Assembly (NCBI RefSeq): GCF_009914755.1 | Contig: NC_060928.1 | Source of the DNA: the human T2T-CHM13v2.0 reference genome, Homo sapiens | Strand: one strand, 5' to 3' | Length of the DNA: 64,000 bases | Shown here: positions 24,289 through 36,833 of the stretch, piece after piece | How the letters are laid out: every line of letters begins with the position of its first letter | Numbering within the stretch: the first letter of the stretch is position 1 | Translations under genes and position numbers: made by a program | The notes under the pieces: model-generated | What the model saw: the letters and a program-made list of their open reading frames with translations, nothing else | The model's database searches: none | Told to the model about the DNA's origin: nothing

Positions 24289-26836
24289 CAGGCATATCTC
24301 ATTTTATTGCACTTCACTTTATTGTGCTTCCCAGATACTGTGCATTTTATAAGTTGAAGGCTTGTGGCAAGCCTGTGTCAAACATGTCTATTGGTGCCAT
24401 TTTTTTAATGGCATGGGCTCACTTCATGTCTTTGTGTCACATTTTTGGTAGTTCTCCCAGTATTCAAATTTTTGAATTATTATAAATGTAATATTGATCA
24501 GTGATCAGTAATCTTTGGTATTACTATTGTAATTATTTTGGGGCATCACAAACTGCACTATGTAAGGTGGCAAACTATACTGGTAAATGTTGTATGTGTT
24601 CTGACTTCTACATTCTCTGGCCATTCCCCCATATTGTTTTCTCTTTTTAGACATCCACTTTCCATGAGACACAATAATACCATAGGATCAATTAATAACC
24701 CTACAATGGCTTCTAAGGGTTCAGGTGAAAAGAAGAGTTGTATATCTCTCACTTTGAATCAAAAGCTAGAAATTATTAAGCTTAGTAAGGAAGGCATGCC
24801 AAAAGCCAGGATAGGCCAAAAGCTAGGCTTCTTGAACCAAATAGTAAAGCTGTGAATTCAAAGCAAAAATTCTTGAAGGAAATTAAAAGTGCTACTCAAG
24901 TGAACACATGAATGAAAACAAAGCAAAGCATTCTTATTGCTGATATGGAGAAAGTTAGAGTGGTCTGGAAAAAAGATCAAACCAGCTACAACATTTCTTT
25001 AAGAAAAAGCCTAATCAAGAGCAAGGCCCTATTTCTCTTCAATTCTCTGAAAGCTGAGAGGGATGAGGAAGCTGTAGAAGAAACGTTTGGAGTTAGCAGT
25101 GATTGGCTCATGAAGTTTAAAAAGAGAAGCCATCTCCATAACATAAAAGTTCAAGGTGAAGCAGTAAGTTATCCAGATCTAGCAAAGAAAATTGATGAAG
25201 GTGATACACTAAACAACAGATTTTCAATGTAGATGAAACAGCCTCCTATTGGAAGAAGATGCCATCTAGGACTTTCATAGCAAGAGAGGAGAAGTCAGTA
25301 TCTGGTTTCAAAGCTTCAAGGACAGGGTGATTCCCTTGTTAACCCATTTATAGCTGGAGATTGCAAATTTTTTGTACGAAAAATCAGACCGTGCTGATGA
25401 CCTTGAACAGTAGGATATAAATAACTCCCACAGGCTTAGCATTCCAATAATGGAACACTAGGTGTAAATGGGTTAAGGGGTAATGCAGTTATTGACTTTA
25501 AGTTGAAGCCAATACCCACTTGCCGTTCTGAAAATTCTGAGTCACTTAAGAATTATGCTAAATCTATTCTGACTGTGTTCCATAACTAAAACAAAGCTTA
25601 GATGACAGAACATATGTTTACATCATGGTTTAGTGAATATTTTAAGCCCACTGTTGAGAACTAATGCTCAGAAAAGATTCCTTTCAAAATAGTACTGTTC
25701 ATTGACAATGCACCTGGTCACTGAGAACTGTGATGGAGAAGTACAAGGGGATCAATGTTTTCCTGTCTGCCAACAAAATATTCATTCAGCAGCCCATAGA
25801 TCAGGGAATAATTTCATCTTTCAAGATGAACATTTTGTAAGGCTATGGCTGCCATAGATAGTGATTCATTCAACAGCCCATGGATCAAGGAGTAATTTCA
25901 TCTTTCAAGTCTTATTTAAGAAAAACATTTTGTAAGGCTATAGCTGCCATAGATAATGATTCCTATGATGGATCTGAGCAAAGTAAATTGAAAACCTTTT
26001 GGAAAGAATTCATCATTCTAGATCCCATTAAGAACATTCGTGATTCATGGGAGGAGGTCATTATACTAACATTAACAGGAGTTTGGAAGAAGTTAATTCC
26101 AGTACACATAAATGACTTTTATGGTTCAAGACTTCAGCAGAAGTAACTACAGAGGTGGTAGAAATAACAAGAAAACTAGCATTAGAAGTGGAGCTTGAAG
26201 GTGTGACTGATTTACTGCAATCTCATGATAAAACTTGAAGCAATCAGGAGTTACTTCTTATTGCTGAGCAAATAAAATGGTTTTAAGACGGAATCTATTC
26301 CTAGTGAAGATGCTGAGAACATTGTTGAAATGACAACAAAGCATTTAGAATATTAGAGTTAGTTGATAAAGCAGCAGCAGGTTTGAAAGGATTGAGTCCC
26401 ATTTTGAAAGAAGTTTTATTGTGGGTCAAATGCTATCAAACAACATTGCATGCTACAGAGAAATCATTTGTGAGAGGAAGAATTCACTGATGAGGCAAAC
26501 TTTATTACTGTTTTATTTTAATAAATTTCCACAACCATCCAATCTTCAGTAACCACTACCCTGATCAGTTAGCAAGCACAAACATTGAGACGAGACCCTC
26601 CACCACCACCAAGATTATGACTTGCTGAAGGCTCAGATGATTGTTAGCATTTTTTAGCAACAAAGTGTTTTTTAAAAGTATGTACTCTTTTTAAATATAA
26701 TACTATTTCACACTTAATGTGCTACAGTATAGTGTAAACATAACTTGTATATGCACTGGGAAACCAAAAAATTCCTGTGATTTGCTTTATTGTGTTCGTC
26801 TGGAACTGAACCCACAATATCTTGGAGGTGTACTTG
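24289..26836 (+). mobile_element. Near full-length Tigger1 (pogo/TcMar) DNA transposon with a dead transposase
   Basis: TA TSDs at 24287-88 and 26837-38; termini CAGGCATATCTC / GAGGTGTACTTG; ORF pieces MASK..SLTLNQKLEIIKLSKEGM and [12 protein letters not shown]; sits inside an L2 3' end. Confidence 0.95.
25343..25472 (-). mobile_element. MER85 non-autonomous piggyBac element
   Basis: TTAA TSDs at 25339-42 and 25473-76; termini CCCATTTA / TAAATGGG; internal palindrome GTTCCATTATTGGAAT on the - strand. Confidence 0.93.
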
Positions 26837-29800
26837 TATTTAATCCTAGGCACTCTTTTATGGATTAAGGATATGACAATGAAGAAAGCAGACAACAAAA
26901 CATGACTTCATGAAACTTCCATTCTACTGGGATAAAAAAAGACATACAGTGTCAATATTTTTTAAAATAAGTTTTTGCTTTTTAAATAAATTATTTTAAT
27001 TCAAGTTGTTTGTTGAATTCTACTTTTATGCCTTGGATGGTACTAGGCAGAAAAATATATCAAAGCCTTTTCTGTGTGACTCTCTTTTATGGTTGGTATA
27101 ATGAAAATCTTTCTTACAACAAAGTAGAAACCAACTGATGGTGTTTTGGTGGGTTTTTTACACTCCATTTGTTTATGTTACTGCTTTAGTTATGTTGATA
27201 ACACATATGCATCCATGCTTATGTGACTCTACAATTTCTCAATTGCTCATTTACTATTTTTAGTAGTATTATTATTTATAAACATGTCTACTCTCGTCTA
27301 CTGCATTGAAAAGTAAAAAAAAAAAAGACAAATCATTTTAGAAACTTAAAAAACAGTGGTACATGTTCTCTCATCATGTTCTCTGTCTAATGTCTTTGTC
27401 CTCAAAGATTTGGTGGCTGTCTTTCTTATTCTGCCTCTGAATACCCCTGCCTTCCCTGTTTTTCTCAAAGCCAAAAATTGTACATGACATTTTAATATTT
27501 TCTCAAAGTTTAACCTTAACTTGATGGTTGTGGGGGTTATAGGAATATGTCCCTCGTTTGGTAAATCTATATTCATTTGTATATTCATGTTAACGTCTCT
27601 CTCTTCCATTATAAAGATATAAGAAAGAAGAAATAATTCTCAATATAAAAGTCTTGTTTTTCCACTAATGATTTTATGGGAAATTGATTTTTAAATATGT
27701 ACAACTTCTCTAAATTAGTGTTTTTTAACAAAATTTCCCTTCTTAAGTTTTTAAAATCTGCATTTTGTTAAAATAGACTTTAAAAATTTCTAGTTACTTG
27801 TTATAATTAACTTCACATGAACTATATATAGTCACCAAATTGCTTCAGAAAGTTTAAAAATTGCAAATAGATGTTCAATATCAGAAGCCAAATGAACCTT
27901 TTGTAGAGTCTAAAATAAAGGCCTTAAAAATGTAAGCAGTGAGAACTATTTGGTCATGGCACAGATGTTCTGATTATTACAGGAATTGTGTCCTTAATTA
28001 AATTTGTACTCTAGTGCCAATTCAAAAAGTTTGTTTCTCATACAAAAACCCAATTATCCAGCCAAAAGGATGTTCATGCTTCAATGAGTTGAAAGTCAAA
28101 AAGAAAAATGGTATACTATTAATGCAAGGTTTTTAATGCAAAACTGTTGTTACCTTACAATATTAGAGAAAATTTTCTGTGATTGCCAAAATTGAAATGT
28201 ACAGATAACCACAATAAATGGGGGACAGGGTTATAGATTCTTTATATTATTTAAAATTAGTAACTTAGAAGTATATGACACTAATATTTTTGCTAAATGA
28301 TAAAAATAGCTCTAGGGAGACAGAGTGTATTCTGCTGCAATGAAATGCTGTTCAAAACCATGTAGAAATTAACTTAAAATTTTAAATCAGCTTCTGAATA
28401 TATTTACATTTTGTATATTTCCTTCTATGTGTCAATATCTACTTATTATATAAGGCATGCTGTTTTACCTTCTTGAATTTGTATTTTGGTAATAGAGATT
28501 CTTCTCACTTGCATTTGAATCATTATACTTTCCATTCAAATAACCTAAGCCTTTTAGAAAAGAACATGTAAATTGAAAAGCAAATAATATTTTTATTGCT
28601 TTGATCAAGAATTAATACTGTGAAAAGTAAATATAAAGATTTTAATATTTATTTAATGTAATGTGAATGAAGAAGCTGAAGATAGTGTCCATTATGCAGT
28701 TATCAATGATGTCCATCAAACTTACACAGCATAGCACCGTATGCTCTTATGCCCCAACATGTGCCAAATGAAAACTTGAAATTTTAAAGCACTAAGCTCA
28801 AATCCTTCCTTAGGCTATTTACTAAAGACTGCAAAAATTCAAATTGTTTTGAAGCAGTGAATTTTATTAAAAATATTATAATTCTGTAATGGCAGAATAT
28901 TGGTCCCTTTCAAATAGATTCTGTCATGTGAGATTTTCTAGGAAAGTAAAATAAAAATTAAAGAAAAATAAAACAAGTATCTTGCAAAAAGCAGTTGTTT
29001 CAAAGTAAAATATAAAAAATGTAAAAAGCAGCTATTTCAGTGTCATTTTAAATATTTTGACAAAACCATTATCCGTGTTGGTAAACCCAGTTTTGCTAGA
29101 TTTGTTCTTTGCTGTCTTTATTCTCTTAATGACTTTAGAATAGAACGATCAGTCTCTAATCAGACCCGTACCCATTCTTGACAAAGCAAACTATGCAACT
29201 TCTTTGAGCCAGTATACTGTTTCTTTGTGCTCCAGTTCATATACATAATTAATAATACATATTGATATAGTGAATTTCCCATAGACATGTGTTTGAACAA
29301 CTTCAAGGAAGACCATCCTGAGAAAACATTTCCTCAGGGCAATCCAGGAAAAAGTCTAATTTCCCTAAAACTGACTAGTAACATTCACATAGAAATTAAA
29401 AAGAGATAAATCTTAGAAAAATAACTCAAGATGTGGAATCTAACTATTGAATCAAACTCAAGTGATTCAAAGAGGGCACCTCAAGGTGACTCAGTTTATT
29501 TCTAGGAATGCTATCATATGCACTAATCACCACTCCCGTGACCCAAATTCTATTATCTGCTGCCCTGAAACTAACATCAAATTTACTGTAATTAAAAAAA
29601 ATTCTCTATCCCTTTAAGAATAGAGTAGGGAAAAATAAAAATGAGAAAATTAATTCTAATTCCCTAAAATGTTGGTAATCGCAATAGTAATTCTATCCAC
29701 ATAAGAAGAAATAAGAGAGTAAAAGACTAGGTATTGCTGCTGACTCAATTTCTTCAATACCTTTTTGTGTGTTGAAAGCAAGGTTTCTAAATTTGTATAT

Positions 29801-29983
29801 GGGTTATTTCTTGATGTTTTATTAGTTAGGCTAGTATTCCTGACCAGAGAGATTCACAGGCCAGGGACTAGTGGAAACATGATTCAAAATCCCATGTGTA
29901 AGTGAGCTATTCAGTGCAATGGGAGGCTGGCATCCTCAGTTGTTCTCAATTCTCTGACCACTGATTTTCTATTCTCTGCTTAA

Positions 29984-30344
<361 letters not shown>

Positions 30345-30949
30345 TAGCTTTAAAGCCCTTGAAAAGAAGGAGTTCAATAGGCTTTCAGAATTTTAGGAAA
30401 TATTGTTGACCTTTAGATGCTTGCTGTTGTCATGGGAATGAGCAAGGCAATCTGTCAAGTTTACTTCAAAGGAGTAAATTCACATAGATAAAATCCTGTC
30501 AACTTTACTCACCAATCTCTCATTTAGTATCAACTTCAATAGACACAGGATTATGACAGAAGACAAGAAAGCCAGCCTGAAATGTAGCCTTCTTTTTTCT
30601 ACTCCACCACCTTGCCTGCCATTTGGAGATGTGTGCTCTCTGTGGGTCTCATTTAAATATTTCTTTCCTTCTTCTTGGCTCATAACAAATTGTAAGATGA
30701 TTATTACTCTTAAATGCTGGGAAATTTCACAGATAGTTCTAGGCTATTTCTAGACATATATGTATTCTCCAATGTCCAGGTTATTGTCTTTATTCCTCAA
30801 ATCAAATTGGAAAAATTCACATACGTAATCAAAAGAAATATTTTATCTATGAATATCCCTATCCATGAATATTAAAATACAACATACGAGGGGAGAACAA
30901 GAAAAGCAAGTATCTATGTTAGAATAAAAAAGAAGTTCAGGAAGAGTAG

Positions 30950-31030
30950 TTGGGAATTGAGTATAAGGAGGAGATGGTTAATGGGTACAAAAATACAGTT
31001 AGAAGGAATAAGATCTAGTCATGTTCAGTG
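30950..31030 (+). mobile_element. L1M 3'UTR fragment
   Basis: GGTTAATGGGTACAAAAATACAGTTAGAAGGAATAAGATCTAGT. Confidence 0.7.
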
Positions 31031-31229
31031 GCACATGACTGTTTTCTAGGCTTTAGAATTCTGCTTAGCTCTCTTGAATTGGTTGGTACCTACCATATTA
31101 TACTTCAATTTTGTTTGGGTGTTCCTCATTTTAAATGTACTTCAGCCTTTGGTTATTGCTACTATCACACTTGGTGTTCACTGGATACCCATATATGTAA
31201 GTGGAAAATGATTCATTGGCAAAAACTGC

Positions 31230-31628
31230 TACATGTTCATCAAAATTCACATTCTTCTCTTCTCTTTGGACATACAGCGAGTCTTACTTGCTATTAGGTG
31301 TGGCCATATGACAGGCCTGTAGCTAAAGAATTGTGAGTAGAAGAGAAGTGTGCACTTTCTGCTCAAGCCTTTTAAGAAGACTGTGCCTTCTCTTTCCTGT
31401 CTTGCCTCTTCACTTGCTAAATGCAAATAACGATGGGACCCTAAAGGATAGCAGGACTCCTAAATGGAAGGAACCTGGATCCTTGAACCACTGAGCAAAA
31501 CTAAGCTAATACTGTTTAGGAACACTTCTTTGGATAGTTGATGTCAGTGAAAATTAAACTTCTATCTCGATTAGCTCACTATAAATTTTGAGGTCGATTT
31601 GTTACAGCAGTTAGTTTCTTCTAATACT
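31230..31628 (+). mobile_element. Old MLT1-family LTR
   Basis: TAGGTGTGGCCATATGAC; GGAAGGAACCTGGATCCTTGAACCACT; TTTGTTACAGCAGTTAG..CTAATAC. Confidence 0.75.
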
Positions 31629-34600
31629 GAAGTATTAACTTGGACAATTTTATTAACTAGATATTTTTACTGATAAGAAAGTAAAAGAGTAAAGCCACTA
31701 AAGTTGTGAATGTAATATTATTGTTGCACCCATTTTAAAAAGCCATATGCAGGAGATTTCCGAATTGGTTTAATTGCTAAAGAAAGAAATGTAATCTTTT
31801 AGTACTAGGTAGAATTCCTGAGCAGATATTTTTTAATTTGATGAAAGTTTCAGTTGTCCTCAGGCCCTGCTTTCTAACCCAATCCTTAGTATTGATTATA
31901 CTTGTCCCTGCAGACCTATTCTTGACACGACCCATCTGTCCCTGCAAGTCGGTTTTTGACTTCTGATCTTCCATGAGTTGCGCACTTTTCTTCTGAAAAG
32001 TAACTACATATCTGTACTTCCTTAGGTATCAGCCTGTTTTGTATAATGTGGCAGATGCTGCTTTTACTGCCCTTTAGTATTTCTTAGTCTTCAGTCTCAT
32101 AAATATCCTGCGTGTACTTATATTTTATCTTCTCTGAGTGATGTATCTTTGATATTTATATTCAATGACACCTTCTAAGGGTGATCCCCATTTTGGCTAA
32201 GCTAGCATTTATTACTCAGAGCTGTCATTAAATGATGTAGGTCATGGTTTCTGTAGGCATCATGTGGTCTTGATGTTCGTTCACTTTACACATAGAATCA
32301 AGACTGTGTCAGATAGCTTCTTACAAATTTAAAGCTAAAACTCTCATTTCCTGTCTGTGATCTGGTGATGGTAACTTTAAGGAAATCTAGAGTGGATGCA
32401 ATTTATATACCTCAGATCAGTTAATGACAGACTTTTTAGTTACCTGGCCCACCCACTTATCCAGTTTCTGTTCAATGTTGAATCTTGTTGCAAGTGTCAG
32501 AGAGGAGTGGCAGCTGTAACAAAATAGACTAGATTGGAATGTAGGTGAATTGGATCAAGTCAGTCCAATTCAGGCCAACTACTTACTAAGTATATTATTG
32601 AGATTTTATTATCTCAGCTAAAATTTAGAAATACAAATATTTTCTTACGGGGTTGCTACAAGAATCAAATAAAATTAGGCTAAATGCGTGAGGATGATAT
32701 ATAAGAAATTCGCAAAATGTAAGTGGAAGTTCAGACTCTTATCTGGTATTTTGTGAATCCTTATTCTCTCTTTATGTAATCAAACAATTATTTTGACTTT
32801 CCTTTTTGCATATATATTCCAAATAAACAAAAATATAAAATAAGGGGCATAGGTCAGATGAGGGATTCATTGAGATGAGTCCATAGGGCCGTGTGAATTC
32901 CAGCAGTAGAAATACAATCCCTAAACAGTACTGACTGGCCTCAGACACATCTACATGCCTGTTTCATAGCCTCTTCATCTATAGAATATTGTGCTGCAGG
33001 GATAATATTGTAATTGAGCAGTGATGCCTTCTTTCTTAGGATATAAGCTGAAACATTTTAGGGGATGACTACCACAACCAAGAGGATAGGCAACTGCTAT
33101 TAACTCCATCTGGCAGAAGCCATGAATAAATTACATACCATGAAACCTTTTGGGAACTGAATTTTCCAAAGATCTTGCTTCACTATGCTCCATTTCTTTT
33201 AGATGCTTCTTTTTCTTACTTTTTTCCCCTGCCTTAGCAATGCTGAGAGTTTTTGCCTATGATTCATTTGATTAAAAAAAACACATGGATAAGTTCCTTA
33301 GATGAGGCAAAAGTGAAACATCCTATTTTTCTCAAATAGCAATTGAATTATTATACTACTTTGTGTTCTAAGAAAGCACATAGTTTAACATTTTGCAATA
33401 GTTATCTGATGTGGGCCCATAGCATGGTTCTTGACAGAAAACCTTTAATATATAACTTATGAGTAAATGAATGATACATAGTATTAGTTCTGATTTATTA
33501 CTTGTATGTTTCTATACCCACAAAGGAGATGATAAAGAAAATTTCCACGTAATTTGAATTTTTCTTCAGATAAAAGTCTATCTTTCAGATATGTAGATAC
33601 ATTTATACAGATCTCCATTGATAAAGATGCCTAGTCTCTGGAGAATAGAATACATATTCATATAGCAGGTTTAGTGTGGCTGGGGTTAATATGTTTCTCC
33701 AATAACTAGTAGTGAAAAATTGGCCTGCTTTATTTGCAGCAGATAAATATTTTTCTAAATATGAATTTTAAAATACATATGAAAATCCATTGAGAAAATT
33801 AACTGGTAGCTATTTTAGTTGTAGCTAGATTTTAAAAAGTATTTGTCTGTAGAAGGAGGTTATTTTTATTGTGTCATTTTTTGGAAGAAATTTTTAAAAT
33901 TGTTTTATTTTCTAAATTTAGTTGTAGGGATAGTACAATGGATTTCCTCTTTGTTTTTGAATTTTGTTTTGTTATCTTTTGTTTACAATTTCAACTTTTA
34001 TTTAGATTCAGTTGTTACATATGCAGGTTTGTTACCAGGTATATTGTGGGCTCAGTACTCAATAGTTAGTTTTTCAAGTCTTTTCCTCATCCTGCCCTAC
34101 TCCCTCTAATAGTCACCAGTGTCTACTGTTGCCATCTTTATGTTCATAAGTATCCAATGTTTAGCTACCACTTATAATTAAGAACATGTGGTGTTTGGTT
34201 TTCTGATCTTGCATTATTAATTCACTTAGGATAATGGCCTCCAGCTACATTCATGTTGCTGCAAAGGACATGATTTTGATATATTTTTATGTCTGCATAC
34301 TATTCCATGGTGTATGTGTACCGTATTTTCTTTATCCAATCCACCATTGATGGGCAACTAGGTTGATTCTATGTATTTGCTATTATGAACAATGCTGTGA
34401 TGAATATAAGAGTGCTTGTGTTTTTTTGGTAGAACAATTTGTTTTCTTTTAGGTATATATATACCCAGTAATGGAATTGCTGGGTCGAATGCTACCTCTA
34501 AGTTCTTTGAAAAATATCCAAACTGCTTTTCACAGTGGCTGAACTAATTTACATTCTCTCCAACGCTGTACGTGGTAAACATTTTCTTTGTGACCTCCTC

Positions 34601-34743
34601 AGCATCTGTTGTTTTTGAGTTTTTAATATAATAAAAGCCATTCTGACTGGTGTGAGATGATAACCTCATTGTAGTCTTAATCTGTATTTCTCTAATGATT
34701 AGTGATGTTGAGCATATTTTCATATGGCTGTTGGCTGCTTGTA

Positions 34744-34754
<11 letters not shown>

Positions 34755-34779
<25 letters not shown>

Positions 34780-35052
34780 GAGACGGATTCTCGCTCTGTC
34801 GCCCTGGCTGGAGTGCAGTGGCGTGATCTCACTGCAAGCTCCGCCTCCCGGGTTCACGCCATTCTCCTGCCTCAGCCTCCCGAGTAGCTGGGACTACAGG
34901 TGCCTGCCACCATGCCCAGCTAATTTTTTGTATTTAGTAGAGACAGGGTTTCACCATGTTAGCCAGGATGGTCTCCATCTCCTGACCTCGTGATCCGCCC
35001 GCCTTGGCCTCCCAAAGTGCTGGGATTACGGCATGAGCCACCACGCCCGGCC
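34755..35052 (-). mobile_element. AluY/AluSc8-like element inserted in the L1
   Basis: TSD GTATGTCTTCTTTT at 34741-54 and 35053-66; pure T tail; GCAAGCTCCGCC..CACGCCATTCTCC. Confidence 0.95.
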
Positions 35053-36364
35053 GTATGTCTTCTTTTGAGAAATATCTGTTCATGTCTTTTGCCTATATTT
35101 AATGGGGTTATTTGTTTTTTGCTTCTTCCATTCTTTAAGTTCCCTATAGATTCTGGATATTAGACCTTTGTCAGATGCATAGTTTGCAAATATCTTCTCT
35201 CATTCTGTAGGTTGTATGTTTACTTTGTTGATGGTTTCTTTTGCTGTATAGAAGCTCTTTAGTTTAATTAGGTCCCATTTGTCAATTTTTGTTTTTCTTG
35301 CGATTGCTTTTGAAGATTTAGTCATACATTCTTTCCCAAGATCTGATATCCATAATGGGGTTTCCTAGGTTTTCTTCTAGATTCTCATAATTTGAGGTCT
35401 TACATTTAAATTCTTAATCCATTTTGAGTTAATTTTTTGTGTATGGTGAAAGATAGGGGTCCAGTTTCAATCTTTTGCATATGGCCTGTCAGCTATCCCA
35501 GCACCATTTATTGAATAGAGAGTTATTTCCCCGTTGCTTCTGTTTTCCAGCTTTGTCAAAGTTCATATGGTGGTAGGTCAGTGGTTTTACTTCTGGGTTC
35601 TCTATTCTTTTCCATTGATCTATGTGTCTGTTTTTGTAGCAGTACCATGCTGTTTTGGTTACTGTTGCTTTTTAGTATAATTTGAAGTAAGGTAGCATGA
35701 TGCCTCTAGCTTTGTTCTTTTTGTTTATAAAAACTTTGGCTACTTGGGATCCTTTTTTTGGTTCCATATGAATTTTATAGTAGGTTTTTTATAATTGTGT
35801 GAAGAATGACTTCGGTACTTTGATAGGAATAGAGTTGAATCTATAAATTACTTTGGGCAGTGTGGACATTATAGTGATATTGATTCGTCCAATCCATGAG
35901 CATGGAATAGTTTTCCATTTGTTTGTTTCATCCATGATTTCTTTCAGCAGTGTTTTGTAGTTCTCCTTGTAGAAATCTTTCAGCTCTTTGGTTAGATATA
36001 TTCCCATGTGTTTACTTTTTTTGCAGCTATTGTAAATGAGATTGTGTTCTTGATTTGGCTCTCAGCTTGAACGTTATTGATGTATAGAAATGCTACTGAT
36101 TTTTGTACATTGACTTTGTTTTCTGAAACTTTACTGAAGTCATATATGTCAGTTCTAGGCATCTTTTGGTAGACTCCTTAGAGTTTTCTAGGTGTAGGAT
36201 CATATTATAAGCAAAGATAATTTGAATTCTTTCCTACTGGATGTTTTCTATATCTTTTCTTGCCTGATTTCCCTGGCTTCCACTTCTATATTGAATCTGA
36301 ATGGGAATCATTGTCCTGTTCCAGTTCTCAAGAGGAATGATTACAGCTTTTGTTTATTCAATAT

Positions 36365-36833
36365 TGATAGAAGTAGGAGGCAGAGAACTCTCCAAGGCAG
36401 ATAGGTGAGGGTCCTCAGAGAACCTACAACCTGACAAGGTCATTGTGCACAGAGAGCTTGCCTAAACTTGCCTGCAGTGAAAAACTCCATCCTTTAACAC
36501 GTGCAGTAAGGAATATAAATCAATGTGGAGTGACTCAGACTTAAGGGCCCACATGCACACTGGAAGGATAAGGTGGAGCCACCAGGAATTCACATCTTAT
36601 ACAAATAGGGGACCCAGCCCCATCAGCTTGGATATATAGAAGCCCTTGTATTCAACTGTGAAGAGAGGCAACTGGCTACCTGCCTTCAGGACCCCTCTTT
36701 CTGCTGACAGCTTTCCTTTTCTCTTAATAAATTCTACTCCGCTCACTCTTTGATGTCCATATGTCTATTTATTCCTCATTGTGAGACAAGAGCCCAGACC
36801 TAGCTGAGCTAAAGAGCAAAAAATCCTGCATCA
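36365..36833 (+). mobile_element. ERV1 (MER4-group) solo LTR inserted in L1 ORF2
   Basis: TG...CA ends, TATA-like box at ~36632, AATAAA at ~36725; L1 sequence TTCAATAT|..|CTATAATGTTGGCTG resumes across it. Confidence 0.85.

Noticed and set aside
24706-26146. Domesticated Tigger transposase (TIGD1-like gene)
   Set aside because: Multiple stops and frameshifts, a MER85 insertion and an internal duplication
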